Assembly: GCF_006345805.1 (NCBI RefSeq)
Contig: NC_043008.1
Span: forward strand, 16,616,001-16,680,000
Origin: Octopus sinensis
Lineage: Eukaryota
Length of the DNA stretch: 64,000 nt
Direction of reading: 5' to 3'
Shown: one piece after another, positions 23,968-38,516 of the stretch
How the letters are laid out: each line of letters starts with the position of its first letter
How positions within the stretch are numbered: the first letter of the stretch is position 1
Position numbers and translations under genes: made by a program
Notes under the pieces: generated by a model
Database searches by the model: none
Told to the model about the DNA's origin: nothing
What the model saw: the letters and a program-made list of their open reading frames with translations, nothing else

Positions 23968-25466
23968 GGTGGTGTGCATGTGTATTTATGAACAAACGCC
24001 CGCCCTCACACATAATACACATATATATATATGTACGTATATATATATGGATGCATTATATAGGTTTTGTGTGTATGTACATACATACATATATATATAT
24101 ATATACATACGTATATACATATATATATAAATAATGCATATAAGTATTTATATATATATACTTATACTTATATGTATTATATATACTTATATACTTATAT
24201 CTACACACGATATAGATTGATAGCTTTATGTATTAAATTCACCCATATAAAATATTCGCTGAATTTCTTATAGATCTAAAAGAATTCCTCAAAGGTTTCA
24301 TGAGAAATAAAGCTGAAATAACGCCTAAAAGCCAGGTACACTTGCGGTTATCATTATGGCATATATTCGTTTACATTTTATTCTTTGCAATTATTCATAG
24401 ATTTATTCCATAAAATTACTACTGAGACAAAGAGAAATATCCTGGTGTGTAATACGACGCTCTAAGCATCAACATTCGAAAGATTTTCTTTGATTTTTTC
24501 TTCGTTGTTTCTTGCAAGTTTCTTTTATTTTGTTGTTGTTGCTTTTTTTTTTTCTATTTAGGATTTTTGCATTCCTGCAGAATCCAATTGTAATTATAAG
24601 ACAATGAGATTTCTCGCTGTCCATAAAGAAACGGCGATTTGGTATCAATAAAGATTGTTGCATCTGCAGTAGGGGAATAGAAAACATCAAATCTTATTTA
24701 TTTTCTGTATGTCAGCATTGGATACGAGATCTTAAATTTGGTTATATATTATATATATCTATATATATAATATATATAATATATATTATATATATATATT
24801 ATATATATGTTATATATAGATAGATATATATATAATTATATATATGTATATATATGTGTATATATTAGTATATATATGTATTATATGTATGTATATACAC
24901 ATATATATGTGTGCGTGTTTGCGAGCCTGTGAGTCCGTATGTTGGTGCGTGTGTGCAGGTATGTCTGTGCGTCTGTGTGTAAGGGGGGTATGTGGAGTAT
25001 GCGGGTGTATGTTTGTGCTTGTAACTACTTATACCAAGTATTGATACTGACACGGTGTTAATACTATAATATTTTTTAATGTACACAGTATACAGTTATT
25101 ACGAGCCCCTAATAATTTCATACATTGGAGATCTTTTCTAGGCAGGTTTTAATAACACGCCCTGTGTCTCCAAGCAATCCTTGGACTCTGGGCACATGGT
25201 CTATACAAGTTACAAATCAGGACAATAAAATAAAATAAGAGAAATCACTAAAAAAAACATGAGGACGATGGAAGTAAAAAGTGAGAAGGTGACGAGTAAA
25301 ACAGAAAAGCAACTGTTAAAACGAAAACAGAATAATTATACTTATAAATGATTGTCAAGTAAACATCTTTAATGTATGAAGCTATCAGTAGCTCATAACT
25401 ATATACAGTTTACATTAAACTATATATATATTTACATGTACATATATACATATATTTGTGTGTGTA

Positions 25467-25530
<64 letters not shown>

Positions 25531-25649
25531 AATATATATATATATACCTTCCACGCTGCAATTGTTTTCGTTTCAGCACACGATCTCAGATCAAATTACT
25601 TGCTATGCGAGTACATCTCCGTAATATATATATATATATATATATATCG

Positions 25650-26128
25650 GTCAATATACACCACTCTGCTCTTGCTACCTCCATCCACTACAAACATACC
25701 GACTCACTCTCATACCTTAACTTCTCCTACTCCCACCCTACACACACCAATCTCTCCATCCCGTACTCTCAATCCCTTCCTCTGTGCAGGCTCTGCAGTG
25801 GTAACCATGATTTGAGACGCAGTCTCAACTCATGGCTTGCAAGATCATCCTTCGTGGATATCCCCTAACCGCTATGCACACAGCCCTTGCCAGAGCACGT
25901 TCAGAGGACCGTGCCTCTGATCTCGCTCCCCAAACTCACCCCGCCGTTGTCCGTCTCCTGCTCACCCTCGCCTACCACCGCACCACACTGACTCCTGAAT
26001 CGTCCGGTTGAAGAGCTTAGGCTCGAAATCTAAAAATCTTTCTCTCTTTCCTAAGCGTCAAACTAGTACACCTGCTTCTTGTAAATACACCGCTCTTCGT
26101 CGTTTGCTTTTCTGCAAATTTCAACTAT
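25650..26128 (+). mobile_element. Penelope-like relic (RT thumb joined to 3' terminal repeat)
   Basis: ORF 25605-25868 IHYKHTDSLSYLNFSYSHPTHTNLSIPYSQ..RLCS, then frameshifted RGYPLTAMHTALARAR; GAAGAGCttagGCTCGAAA motif at 26010-26028; between (TA)n runs. Confidence 0.8.
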
Positions 26129-27261
26129 ATACATATATACTTGGAGTTCAACCGTGAAAAAAAATAGAAACACATAAGCCATGGAATCATTCGGTGTTGA
26201 AGACCTCCATGGTGCTGATTAAAAGCAATTAAGTAATTAACTAGCGTAATACTTGCCTCTACTAGATGACAATTTCATTCAAAACTATTAACAAGATATG
26301 AGAAAATAAAATGATTAAAAAAATAACGGATGTATATAACATCGAAAGCTTGACGCAAATAATACATGTAGTTGTATACTCTATGTTTTTCAGCAGAGAA
26401 TGCACTGTTTCTTTCTAGAGAGACAAGGTGAGACGTCACAATTCATAATGCCTTAGATGTAAATCATGGAAATATAGTCGTACAGCTACATTATGAAATT
26501 TATTTCTTAAACTATATGAAAATAATAAATGCATCCTTGGCATCGATACCTCTACAGCACAAAGAAACGCATTAGTCGTCCTGCCTTCAATTTATAGATT
26601 TGGCTGATATTAAATCACATCACTTAAAACGGCGCCGATATAAAGAATGTCTCGATGTCAATTTTAAAAGCAATCCAATTTAATGTGTAATATCTAATGC
26701 TAGACAAAGACTTCGGTATTCAGTTTTAATAATGACAGAAAGAAATGGGGAAAGAAAATATGATTACGACGAGGGATACAAAAGACACATTTGGAGAGAA
26801 TGTGAGAAAAGTGAGGGTGTGTATTTCAGCAGCGTTCCAAAAGAGAGAGAGAGAGAAGAGAAAAACCGAGAGGAAGAAACTCGTGGTAGAAAATGGAGTA
26901 ATTTGAAATAAAAGGTGAAATTACATTTGATAATGTGATATATATATATACATATATATATATAAGTATAGAGAGAGAAATAGAGAGAGAGAGAGTGGGA
27001 GAGAGAAAGAGGGAAAGCAAGAGAGAGAGAGATGCAAAGTTATAAATATGCATATGCATATGTATATAGGCATTTATATAAATGCACATGTGCATAATAC
27101 ACCACACATATATACTATAAATATGTACACATACATATACATATGTATATATTATATTTATAATATATATATATAACATATATATATACATATATAATAT
27201 ATATATATATACATATATTTATATATATATGATATATATATACTATATATATATAACATAT

Positions 27262-27301
<40 letters not shown>

Positions 27302-27844
27302 TATATATATATAGACAGTCACGTACCATATATATATATTTAAAATGTATGTGTGTGAGACAGACTGGGTGTGTCTGTGAGAGAGAGACTACAGATCGTG
27401 TGGGACATGGCTGGGGCGAGACGAAAAACGATTAGATAGAGAAATTGTGGTATTTGAAAGACTGAGAGGGAAAGAACGATAAAGAGAAAGGCAGAGAGAA
27501 TGAGCGAGAGAAAGAGAGAGAAAAAGAGAGAGAGAGGGAAAGAGAGAGAGAGGAGGGTGAGAAAGTTAAAATGGATAAAATGCAGCTCCAAAGAAATTCA
27601 CCAGCCGGTTACAAAGAGAATCAGTGGTTCAATGCGCCTAGCCAATGATTCTCCCTAAAACTTGTGAATGATAATTTGCATTAAACCCGTGATTTCTGGA
27701 TAAGCATAGATCTAAAATATTTCTTTAAGTTTTTGTACACATTTTCAGTGGTCATACACCCACCACATGTATTTGTAAGTCCGCATTGTGTGTGTGTGCG
27801 CACGCTAGTGTGTGTCTATCTACATATATATACATATACATTTA

Positions 27845-28045
27845 GGCGCACACGTAGCTGTGTGATAGGAAGGGTTAGAGTTAGGGTTATATATATATGT
27901 ATTTAGACACAGGCGGCAGCTGTGTGGTAAGAAGCTTGCTTCCCAGTCGCATGATGTGAGGCATTGTGCACATACTTTATACTAAACCCTCGGGTCGAAA
28001 AAGCTTGTGAGTGGTTTCAGTGAGCGGAAAGTACTAGAAATCCGT
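27845..28045 (+). mobile_element. SINE family A, degenerate head fragments
   Basis: gctgtgtggtaagaagcttgct..cttgtgagtgg. Confidence 0.55.
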
Positions 28046-28310
28046 CCCTCTCCTAAACCGGAGACAAATAGAAAGTACTAAGTTTACTTCGAAAACCTGT
28101 TACACTCAGCGCGCATTGGATGTCTACAGAAACAGACTGCATTGCTTTTACCGCTGGGTCTTTTGCCGCAAGTGCACTCTACTTTCGCTCTTGTACCAAA
28201 GACTCGTTGTAAAGTGGCTCGACTTTGTATAAAGTAACTATATATACGTATGTGTTTTTTATGAAATACACAGATGCGCAGACGTATATTTATATCTATG
28301 TCCCTTTTAT

Positions 28311-28360
<50 letters not shown>

Positions 28361-28712
28361 CGTGTGTGTGTGCGTGTGTGTGTATGTGTTTGTGAGTGTG
28401 TGTGTATGTGTGTGTGTGTATGTGTGTTTGTGTATGTTGATATTTTTGTATGACTACATACAATTACGTGTGCGTTTATATCTATACATATATCCAACAC
28501 TGTATATATATGTATATATGCATGTGGACATATGTATAAATATATTTCAGTAAGAAACTGATATTTTCCTTTTTTTCATTAGCTATAATCTACATATATA
28601 TATATATATATATATGCATGCATGTAAGAATGTTTGTATGTACGTAAAATTATAGGTATATATATATACATATGACTATATATTATATGTTAGTATAGAT
28701 ATATATATGTAT

Positions 28713-28745
<33 letters not shown>

Positions 28746-29625
28746 ATATAATATATATATATATATATATGGCCCAAGCACACATAGATATATACATGCA
28801 TGTTACATACGCATACATACATACATACATATATACATCTATATATACGCATATATATATATATCTATATATACACAGATACATATATACATACATACAT
28901 GCATTAGTACATTCATGTATGTATACATGTATATTTTTCTCATCTTTAAAAAAAGTTTTCATTAGCTAAAATCTCCTTATACAATTTTCCTCTTTTTATC
29001 AGCTAAGGTTTCAATAAATTCATATGCGACAAAGTAAAATTTTATAAACTTTATAACTTATCTTAAAAGCATGTATTAAAATCATTTAATGTTTTACTCG
29101 TTTGGTTATCCTTTCTGCGTATTTAATGGTTCTTTCACTACGGAAAGCAATTTAAAGTTTTTTTCTTTTGTTTCTAATATATTTCCTGCTCTTCAGTGTT
29201 TCTCTCTCTGAATGAAATAATGGAGTAGTATTTACAACTAATATTTATTTCTCTGATAGAGTAGAATCGTCTACACGCCCGGTAGAATGCTTAGTGTCAT
29301 ATTCAGTGTTCAAATTCTACGCATATCTCTATTGAAACGAGTATGCATATATGCATGTAAGCCTGTGCTCTGCGCGTCATCGTTTCTCATTTAGACATTA
29401 AATATGTACGTATTTATATAGACAAAAATGCAACAATTTCATTTGTCCATACATATATTCCCGTCAGTGATGTAATTAGTGTTACAAAACTCCCCGCTGG
29501 TGTTTTTGACCTTTACGCCTGACTTCAAAAGCACAATATTTTACACATGGAAGACGCCGCCTCGAAAATACAACCTACAAGTTGACATTCTGCGTTGCCC
29601 GTTCTTACTACGCTAATGACTCATA

Positions 29626-29662
<37 letters not shown>

Positions 29663-30594
29663 ATACAAAAAGCCCTACAATGATATATTAATATGTTAAG
29701 CTATATTAAACACAATATAGTATTAGTGGCTCGCTGGCAATTAAAAATGATAAAGGAATTAATAAATAAAGGGAGCAAAATGGCACCAACGATTGCTGAA
29801 ACTATGAGTCAAAAAATTAGCTCTGAAAACCACAAAAGCACTAACGTCATTACTTTTACGGGAAGCGAGCACAGCAAGCTACAACGATCTTTCCCTTGTA
29901 AGATAGATTCACAAGAAGAAATAGCTGGACAAGGCTCTATCATGTGATTTCGAAATTTAACCAATAAGGTCATCTTTCTCTTTAGAAACTTCTGCCAACT
30001 ACTTAGGGCTATACATTATGTACCTATTCATTATAAACACGGATTATCCGAGTATATCTCATGTACAAAAGTGTTGAAACAATTATCATTTATTTCTTCA
30101 CCAGTCATGGTCTAGGCTGGTTTAAATGTGTTGCCAGTCTGTATGTTAGTTAATCTGAGACAATGACAGGTTGAATTGATGATTGAAAAAGAAATGTGTT
30201 TCTTGGAGAGGGTAGGTGATGGAATTCTTATCTGAAAACCATCATCATTCTGCTTCTTTGGATGCTGCGCCAAGAGCACCATTTACAAGAATAACTGTCA
30301 TCTTAGACTTCTGCAATCTCTTTATCTCTCAGGACATATCCTAAAAAATATTAGCATTCCCAAGTACCTTCGTACCAGACTATTATCAAAGCGGTATGAC
30401 AAGGTTTATCATCTTAAACTGTTCCTTTCTTGCAAGCCATATAATCATGTGCTTATTTCCTTGTGTGGTAAGTCTTTAAGGAGAAGTCTCATAAAATCCA
30501 GTTTTTCTTATATTCTTGTTATCTCTATCACAAGCGCATCATCACCGCCATATGCATATATATATATACATACATACATACATACATACATACA

Positions 30595-30630
<36 letters not shown>

Positions 30631-30729
30631 TAATATATCAGCCAAAACTTGACTGAAGTGGTTTTAGAATCAAGTTTTGGCTGCTATTTCCAGCGTGGTG
30701 GTATCGCTTAGATACCATAAATTATAATT

Positions 30730-30781
<52 letters not shown>

Positions 30782-31537
30782 AGTGGTATGCGTGTGTTTA
30801 TGGGGGTATACGTGTGTGTGGTAAAGTGTGTTTGTTTTGCATTGTGTGTTTATTGTTTGATTGTGTAAATACATGCATATTATATATGTAAAGATATGTG
30901 TGTATATATATATAATATCTATATATATAATATATGATATATACATATATGTATATATGTGTGTATATATATGTGAGTGTGTGTGTGTGTGTGTGTGTGT
31001 ATGTGAGTATGTGTGTGAATGGTTGTTGTTCATGCATATCACAATATGTTTCCGTGCATATGCCTACAAGAATTATTGATGAGTGTGGGTCGCAATTGAC
31101 TTCAGTGCTGTGTCGTCCATACTAGAAGCCAACTTTAGTCACGAATATAAAAATATAACTTTTAGATTGCACAATGTGTTATTTTAAGGGCACTTTCTCC
31201 CTCCCCCTTTTGAACCCACATCCGTGACACACGGACACGCACTTTTTCTGAAGTACATAAGAAAAAACGAAAATAAGAAATGGCAAATTTTTTTCTTGTT
31301 TTATTTTTTCCTTTATTTCTCGTGTGTGAGGGTACATTGACGAATATATGTCTGTGTATGTGAGTGAATGCGAGTGCTAATGATTGTGTATGTTCGTAAA
31401 TTTACTTGCACGAAAAAAGTTTTCTCTCTGTTTATTGATAGACCTACACACAAGAAAACACGCAGAGATTGTTACTAACAGCAGTACAAGCTACTTACAC
31501 ATACACACACACATACACACACACACACACACACACG

Positions 31538-31579
<42 letters not shown>

Positions 31580-31670
31580 TTCACACACACATACACACTC
31601 ATCTAGCGAGCTAGAGAGGTTGATTAATCGATAACATATATATATATAAAGATAAATTACATATATATGC

Positions 31671-31709
<39 letters not shown>

Positions 31710-31919
31710 TATTGTACGTATATATATATATATATATATATATAAATGTATAATATTATATAATATATTATATATATAATAATATATATATATATATATA
31801 TATACAGAAAAAAGAGAGGCGATAGATTGGAAGGTTTGGAGAGAGACAGGGGTGGATGGCTGGGATATGAATAACTATACACATATATGTATATTATGTG
31901 TCTGTGTGCGTATATGTGT

Positions 31920-32175
31920 ATGTATATGTATGTATGTATGTATACATGTATGCATGTATATATGTATGTATGTTTGTATGTATGTATGTATGTACTTATT
32001 ATGTATGTATGTATGTATGTATGTATGTATGTATGTATGTATACATGTATGCATGTATGTATGTATGTATGTATGTATGTATGTATGTATGATGTATGTT
32101 ACGTATGTATGTATGTATGCATGTATGTATGTATGTATGTATGTATGTATGTATGTATGTATGTATGTACGTATG
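31920..32175. repeat. (TATG)n microsatellite
   Basis: Directly visible. Confidence 0.95.
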
Positions 32176-32524
32176 TACATGCGAAGATGTGTCATGTCAA
32201 GGATCAGCAACACTTTTCACTTTTCTTTCACTAAAATAAGAGAAAAATAAAAATTTCCAGAATTCTATGCATCTCTTTCGAATCACAAATGGAAATGTAT
32301 AAGGTTTTAGTGGAATTATATTTATTAGTTTATTTTAGTGGATATTTTTGTCGATATTCCATTATAGTATGGATATTATATATATATTTTTTTCTTATTT
32401 CACAATTCTACTCTTGAATAAAACAAATAGGAAAATCTAAGTAAAGAACACTTTTAATAATATTTCATCGAAATAGGTGCTGATCAATCAATGAGGAATA
32501 AAGATGTCTTTTATCTGAGACTTG

Positions 32525-32992
32525 TGGTTTCCATCATTGAATTGCAGCCATGCTGTGGCATCGTCTTGGTGTGTTTAGTCCAGTAAGTCGAGTGTAGTAT
32601 GTATTTTTCAGTCAGCTATTTTCTCTGTTGGTGTCTTTTGACGAATCGTTATGTAATGGGGACGAAGACAAACTAACACAGGTTTTCAAAAGTTGTATGG
32701 GACACACACGGTGAAAATACAGAGAGACATGCATCTAGACATATATCCACACACACACACACATACACACACATATTTATATATACATGTACATATACTC
32801 ATAAACACACACATATTTATAAGTGTATATGTGTGTGTGTGTGACGGGTTTCTTTTAGTTTTCCTTTACCAAAATCACTCACACCCTTTAGTCGAGAAAG
32901 ACCTTAGTGTAAGATATCCACGAAGGGTGTCATGCAGTAAGGCTGAACCCGGAACCGTGTAGTTGGGAAGCAATCTTCTTAGTACACAGCTA
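32525..32992 (-). mobile_element. SINE family A, old degenerate copy
   Basis: tgcagccatgctg..gacgggtttctt..ctgaacccggaaccgtg..acacagc. Confidence 0.65.
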
Positions 32993-33814
32993 TTGAGTTT
33001 TATATGAAATTGGTCAAAAATAATGTCGTTGCTTCTCGATATTAGTGACCAGATGAAAGCATTTATATGGCAAATGTCAAATGTGACCAGATGAATTCAT
33101 TTCATATGGCAAATGTCAAAAGTATAATGACTTTGGGTACAAGGTTGGATCGTCAGCCAGGCCTTTCGTAATACTCTTCAAGGCAAATGCAAAGAAAAAT
33201 GTGCACTCATACAGACCTGCATATGTGCACGCAATCATACATGTATAACTTCTTACACAAATCCAATCATCCATCATATAAGCATGCATTGTTACATGGC
33301 GAATTAATGCGGAATTTACAGCATTTGTACCTTGAATATGAATTCACATTTCTGCCAAATATCATTGCTATATTAAGTTTATACCAATACATTTGAACAA
33401 AAACTTAGTAAATGGTTGTTTTAAGGGAAAAGAACACAAGAAACTAACACAGATTCTCTATAGTTAATCTATTCGTGGCACGGTGAAGATTTGCACGGCA
33501 TTCCAGAAATTCTCCATGTGAGATTCTTACGTGAATAGATGCGCACACTTGGGTGTATACATCTACAGTTCAACCAACACACCAGGTCAACTACATATTT
33601 GCAAATACCGTGAACTCTCTAATCTCTAAAACCATTTTTACTTAGTTGGTAACCGGCTTGAACTCTCTCAGGAAGAATTTATATTCAATTAAAAAAAAAA
33701 GAAAAAACCATACATATATACATACATATATTTATATAAACACGTGACCCTCTCTGTCGGTCGCTTGCGCTCTCTCTATTTCAGGTGCAACTGTCTTTTT
33801 TCTTTTACCTTTCA

Positions 33815-34040
33815 TTTCTTTCATGTCTGAGATTATGACCTTGCTAGGGCACCAAGTTGAAGGGTCTAGCTGTACAAACCAACCCCGGTGCTTTTTAACC
33901 TAGTCTAGTTATAGGAATATGAAGGAACCCACATCGGTTCTCAAACGGTGGCGAGACAAACGCATATGTGTATATACTTTAGAGCGGTCTTCTACATAGT
34001 TTCTGTCTGCCTGAGATTGTCAGAAGGCATTGGTCCACTA
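33815..34040 (-). mobile_element. SINE family A, very degenerate copy
   Basis: gaccttgctagggcacc..catcggttctcaaacggtgg..aaggcattggtc. Confidence 0.45.
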
Positions 34041-34174
34041 AGAGTTATTACTACACGACTCTAAGTAGAACTGGGAACATCGATGACTAACGGGTCGTTC
34101 CACTGTCCTGAAAACCCAGGGTGCAATTTAAAGTGATAGCTGATACACTAACACAGACACATATGCACATAAGC

Positions 34175-34243
<69 letters not shown>

Positions 34244-34247
34244 ATAT

Positions 34248-34279
<32 letters not shown>

Positions 34280-34406
34280 TATAGAGTGAGAGAGAGAGAG
34301 AGAGAAATACATATAACGTATATACGTTGGTATTTGTGTACATAAGTAGGTATATATACATATATACATATGTGTGTGCGTATGTGTATATATGTGTGTT
34401 ATATAT

Positions 34407-34443
<37 letters not shown>

Positions 34444-34568
34444 TACGTGATTTTCGCTTGGACTGATTAGTTACATTTTGGGGGATTCCTTCTTCTCTCC
34501 TCCTTTTTCTATCTGTCTGCCTTTCTATTTACTTATTAGTCCTATATATATATATAATATATATAATA

Positions 34569-34773
34569 TCTTTTACTTATTTCAGTCATCTGACCGCGGC
34601 CATGCTGGAGCAGCCGCCTTTAATCGAGCAACTCGACCCGGGACTTATTCTTTTTGTAAGCCCAGTCTTATTCTATCGGTGTCTTTTGCCGAACCGCTAA
34701 GTAACGGGGACACACTAACACCAGCATCGGTTGTCAAATGCTAGTGGGACAAACGAGACACACAACACACGCA

Positions 34774-34815
<42 letters not shown>

Positions 34816-35019
34816 TATATATATATATATATATATTATATTACATATGTACGACGGGCTTCTTTCTCAGTTTCCGTCTACCAAATCCACTCACAAGGCT
34901 TTGGTTAGCCCGAGGCTAGAGTAGAGAAGACACTTGCCCAAGGTGCCACGCAGTGGGACAGAACCCGGAACCATGTGGTTTGGTAAACAAGGTACTTACC
35001 ACACAGCCACTCTTGCGCC
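34569..35019 (-). mobile_element. SINE family A, full length
   Basis: Close reverse-complement match to 9874-10283. Confidence 0.92.
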
Positions 35020-35039
35020 TATGTAATATATATATATAT

Positions 35040-35079
<40 letters not shown>

Positions 35080-35083
<4 letters not shown>

Positions 35084-35457
35084 TATATATAAACGGCAGT
35101 TTTGTCTGTGTGTGTGTCTGTGTGTCTGTCAGGTTTTAACCCACACTGACCACGGCTTTCAACCGATTCTAATGAAACTTGACACCCATAGCCCAATGTC
35201 ATAATTCAAAACTACGCAGCAAAATTTTGAGAAGTTCCCCATTCTGAAAAAAAATCGATAATTCGACATGGGTTCGAGAATTAGAAACACAAACCACAGA
35301 CTGTCTAGGGGACGCAACTCAACCTTTTTAACTCTCAAAAAAAAAATTTCATAATTTTTTTCCCCTTTTTTTTTCTATTTTTTTGGCTATAACTCTCTAA
35401 AAATGCTTCATAGTTATTTCCCTTACAAACCCGAGCAACGGCGGGCGATACTGCTAT
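35080..35457 (+). mobile_element. Non-autonomous Helitron-like element
   Basis: 5' A-run then (GTCT/GTGT) block and aaccgattctaatgaaacttg; 3' hairpin CCCG agcaacgg CGGG followed ~9 nt later by CTAT (CTRR-like end, one mismatch); no TIR or TSD. Confidence 0.65.
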
Positions 35458-35465
35458 ATAGATTA

Positions 35466-35519
<54 letters not shown>

Positions 35520-36243
35520 ATGCTTGAATGTAGAAACATTCAGCATTAGTAATTAAATAACTGCATATGGAAAGAAAAATTGTTTATTTGCTCTATTTTG
35601 TCTACGAGCCAAAATCTTATCGTTCGTGCACTGTCTCACTCTTTAGTCAGTTAGTATTAGATCAGTATCGCTATTTCCTGTTGATCGTGGAGCGATAACA
35701 TTATTTACCACACTAATGGTTGAAGTCGGTTTTTCATACAGCTTTGTGCAAATGTCACGTCGACGTGTGAATAATCCCGTTATTTGAACTTTGGTATTTC
35801 ACGATAATATTATTACATCTGTTATTATTGGTCTTGGGATTTTAATTCATTTCCATGCCTCTCCCATATATAGAAAATTCAACAAAGGAATGTTTTTTTA
35901 TTTTTATTTTATCTTATTTTCCACATTTCCTACTTTTCCTCTTAAGCTATTTTTTCTAAATGCATATCTTGTTGTTATTAACTGTTGATCTCTTTCGAGA
36001 TTACTGTTTATTTGTCTACTATAAATCATATCTAATTGCTTAGAAACAAAGCAAAAATGGTAATATCCTGTACTGTCAGGGAAATTGGGAAATATATAGG
36101 CCAAAAAAGGAACGGCCAACTTGCATTCTTTAAAACCCTGAGAACCGCCGACTTTCATTTTTTAAAACATGCATAAGTGAATTTTATTTTAGTATTGTTG
36201 ATGTAAACAACAAAACAATTCTAATACTAGAATAACGTTAATA

Positions 36244-36421
36244 AGGAGTGGTTTTGTGGTAAGTAGCTTGCTTAGCAACCACATGGTTCTGGGTTCAGTC
36301 CCATTAAATGGCACCTATGGCACCTTGGGCAAGTGTCTTCTACTATAGCCACGGGCCGACCAGATCCTTGGGAGTGGATTTGGAAGATTTGGTAGACGGA
36401 AACTGAAAGATGCCCGTCGTA

Positions 36422-36455
<34 letters not shown>

Positions 36456-36592
36456 TTGTGTGTGTGTGTGTGTGTGTGTGTCTGTGTGTGTGTATGTGTG
36501 CGTGCATATATTTGTGTGTCTGTGTTTGTCCCACGAACATCGCTTGACAACCGATGGTGGTGTGTTTACGTCCCCGTAACTTCGGCAAAAGA
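36244..36592 (+). mobile_element. SINE family A, 3'-truncated
   Basis: Match to 9874-10160 with two short internal duplications. Confidence 0.88.
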
Positions 36593-36909
36593 CTTTTCAG
36601 AACAGAGAGAGAGATACAGACAGAGACAGAGAGCTTAAATTTTGTTAAATTTTCACTCTCATTCCTAGCAATTATTAGTGCTATATTGCACCCTCATTTA
36701 TTAATTCTACCTTTTTGGTTTTAATTACTATAGACACCAAATACCTTTAATATATCTTAATGTGTCGATATATTATTATAACCAACAAACACACTAGCAA
36801 TATATTTAAACCAGCCGAGACCATGACTGGTCAAGATATAAATGATAATTGTTTCAACACTTTTATACATGAGATATGCTCGGATAATCCGTGTTTATAT
36901 GCATGTTAT

Positions 36910-36958
<49 letters not shown>

Positions 36959-37046
36959 TTATGTGTGTGTGTGGTGTGTGTGAGTCCGTGTGTGTCTGTG
37001 TGTGTGTGTGTGTGTTTGTGTGTGTGTATGTATTTATTTATCTGTA

Positions 37047-37370
37047 TACGACTGGCTTCTTACAGTTTCCAGCTACAAAATCCACTTAAAAGTCTTTGGT
37101 CGGCCCGAGGCTATATAGTAGAAGACACATACCAAAAGTACCACGTAGTGGAGCTGAACCCATAGGCATGTGGCGGAGAATGAGGTTTCTTACCCCAGAA
37201 CCACGCCTATGCATTCACACACAACAGGCGTCTTTCAGTTCATTTACCATTTCCAGTAACAAGGATTTGGTCATCCCAAGACAATAGCAGGAGACATCTG
37301 CCCAATTAGCCATGCTGTGCGATGGAATCCAGAACCATGTGGCTGGGAAGCAAAGTTGCTACCGTCCAGA
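37047..37370 (-). mobile_element. SINE family A, two degenerate 5' halves
   Basis: tacgactggcttctt..gaagacac..ccacgcct and cagaaccatgtggctgggaagcaa. Confidence 0.65.
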
Positions 37371-37397
37371 CATAAATATTTGGTAAACAAATATATA

Positions 37398-37447
<50 letters not shown>

Positions 37448-38516
37448 GTCTGTGTGCGCGTGAGTTTATGCATGTAGGCATAAATATGATAGGAGCACTT
37501 CATAGCATATATTCTAAATTTCATCCTAGGAATATTTGGGTTTATCTCTAGAGTACGCCTAGTAAATTATTTATGAAGCATGGATAAACATAACTTATTT
37601 TAAACTACTATAGAATGAGAATTTCATAAGCATACACGCACATATATGCACATATATATATATATATATAAAAACGTGTTTATATGTGAGTGTGTATGTG
37701 TCTGTGAGTGTGAGTGTGGTTGTGGGTGTGTGTATACAACGCCGTTATTAGACGCCATAATACAAGATTTTTACAATTAATTATATACGAAAAATTAACT
37801 GCAAACTTACACCTGTATTCACATGAGTAGAGAGCTCAGACGTTGAGCTAGATAAACGAAAACATGTTTTGATTATCGTGGTTTTGTTTTTCATATATTT
37901 GTTTATTATCATTATATATATATTTGTGAGAATATCATTGCGTGTTTATTCTGATGTACAATAATAATAATAATAATATTTGTTTCTCAGACTTATATCA
38001 AAGAAACCTCATGACAAATTCACTTCAAAGGCAGTAAATACATCTACAGAAAGAAGCAAGTCTAAAAGAATGGTTAGTCTAGCAAAAATATACGTAAATA
38101 AAAATGTAAGCAAATATGAATGTTATGAAAGAGCAATCTTATTTCAAATATATTAATGTTTTGCATAATAGTTTTACTTTTATAATAATAATTTCACTCG
38201 ATAGATTCATGCAAATTCGTCAAATGTCAGTTTCTTTTGGAAATTTGCCAATTTTCACGATAATAAAATTTCTATACGATAAAATAAATGAAATACACTA
38301 AAAGTTTGTAATATATAATTAATTCTTCCCCTATGAGATATAAGTATCATAACAACAATATGTATTACCTAAGAAGCACGAAAGCAGCTACCATTACATA
38401 ATGATTCTTCACATGAAACTTTATATACAAGTTGTGTAAATTTGCATTCGTTATTATCTAAGTCCCTCATTATAAGTCTGATACCTAAATCTACCTAAAT
38501 CTATAAATTTATTTGA

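Noticed and set aside
24570-24700. Candidate minus-strand exon after ttttctattcccctactgcag
   Set aside because: No clear donor site or recognisable protein similarity
27871-27890. Telomere-like agggttagagttagggtta
   Set aside because: Only about three imperfect units
30220-30380. Possible third Dong-like endonuclease remnant on the minus strand (VILVNGALGAASKE)
   Set aside because: Too short and degenerate; motifs are not in convincing order
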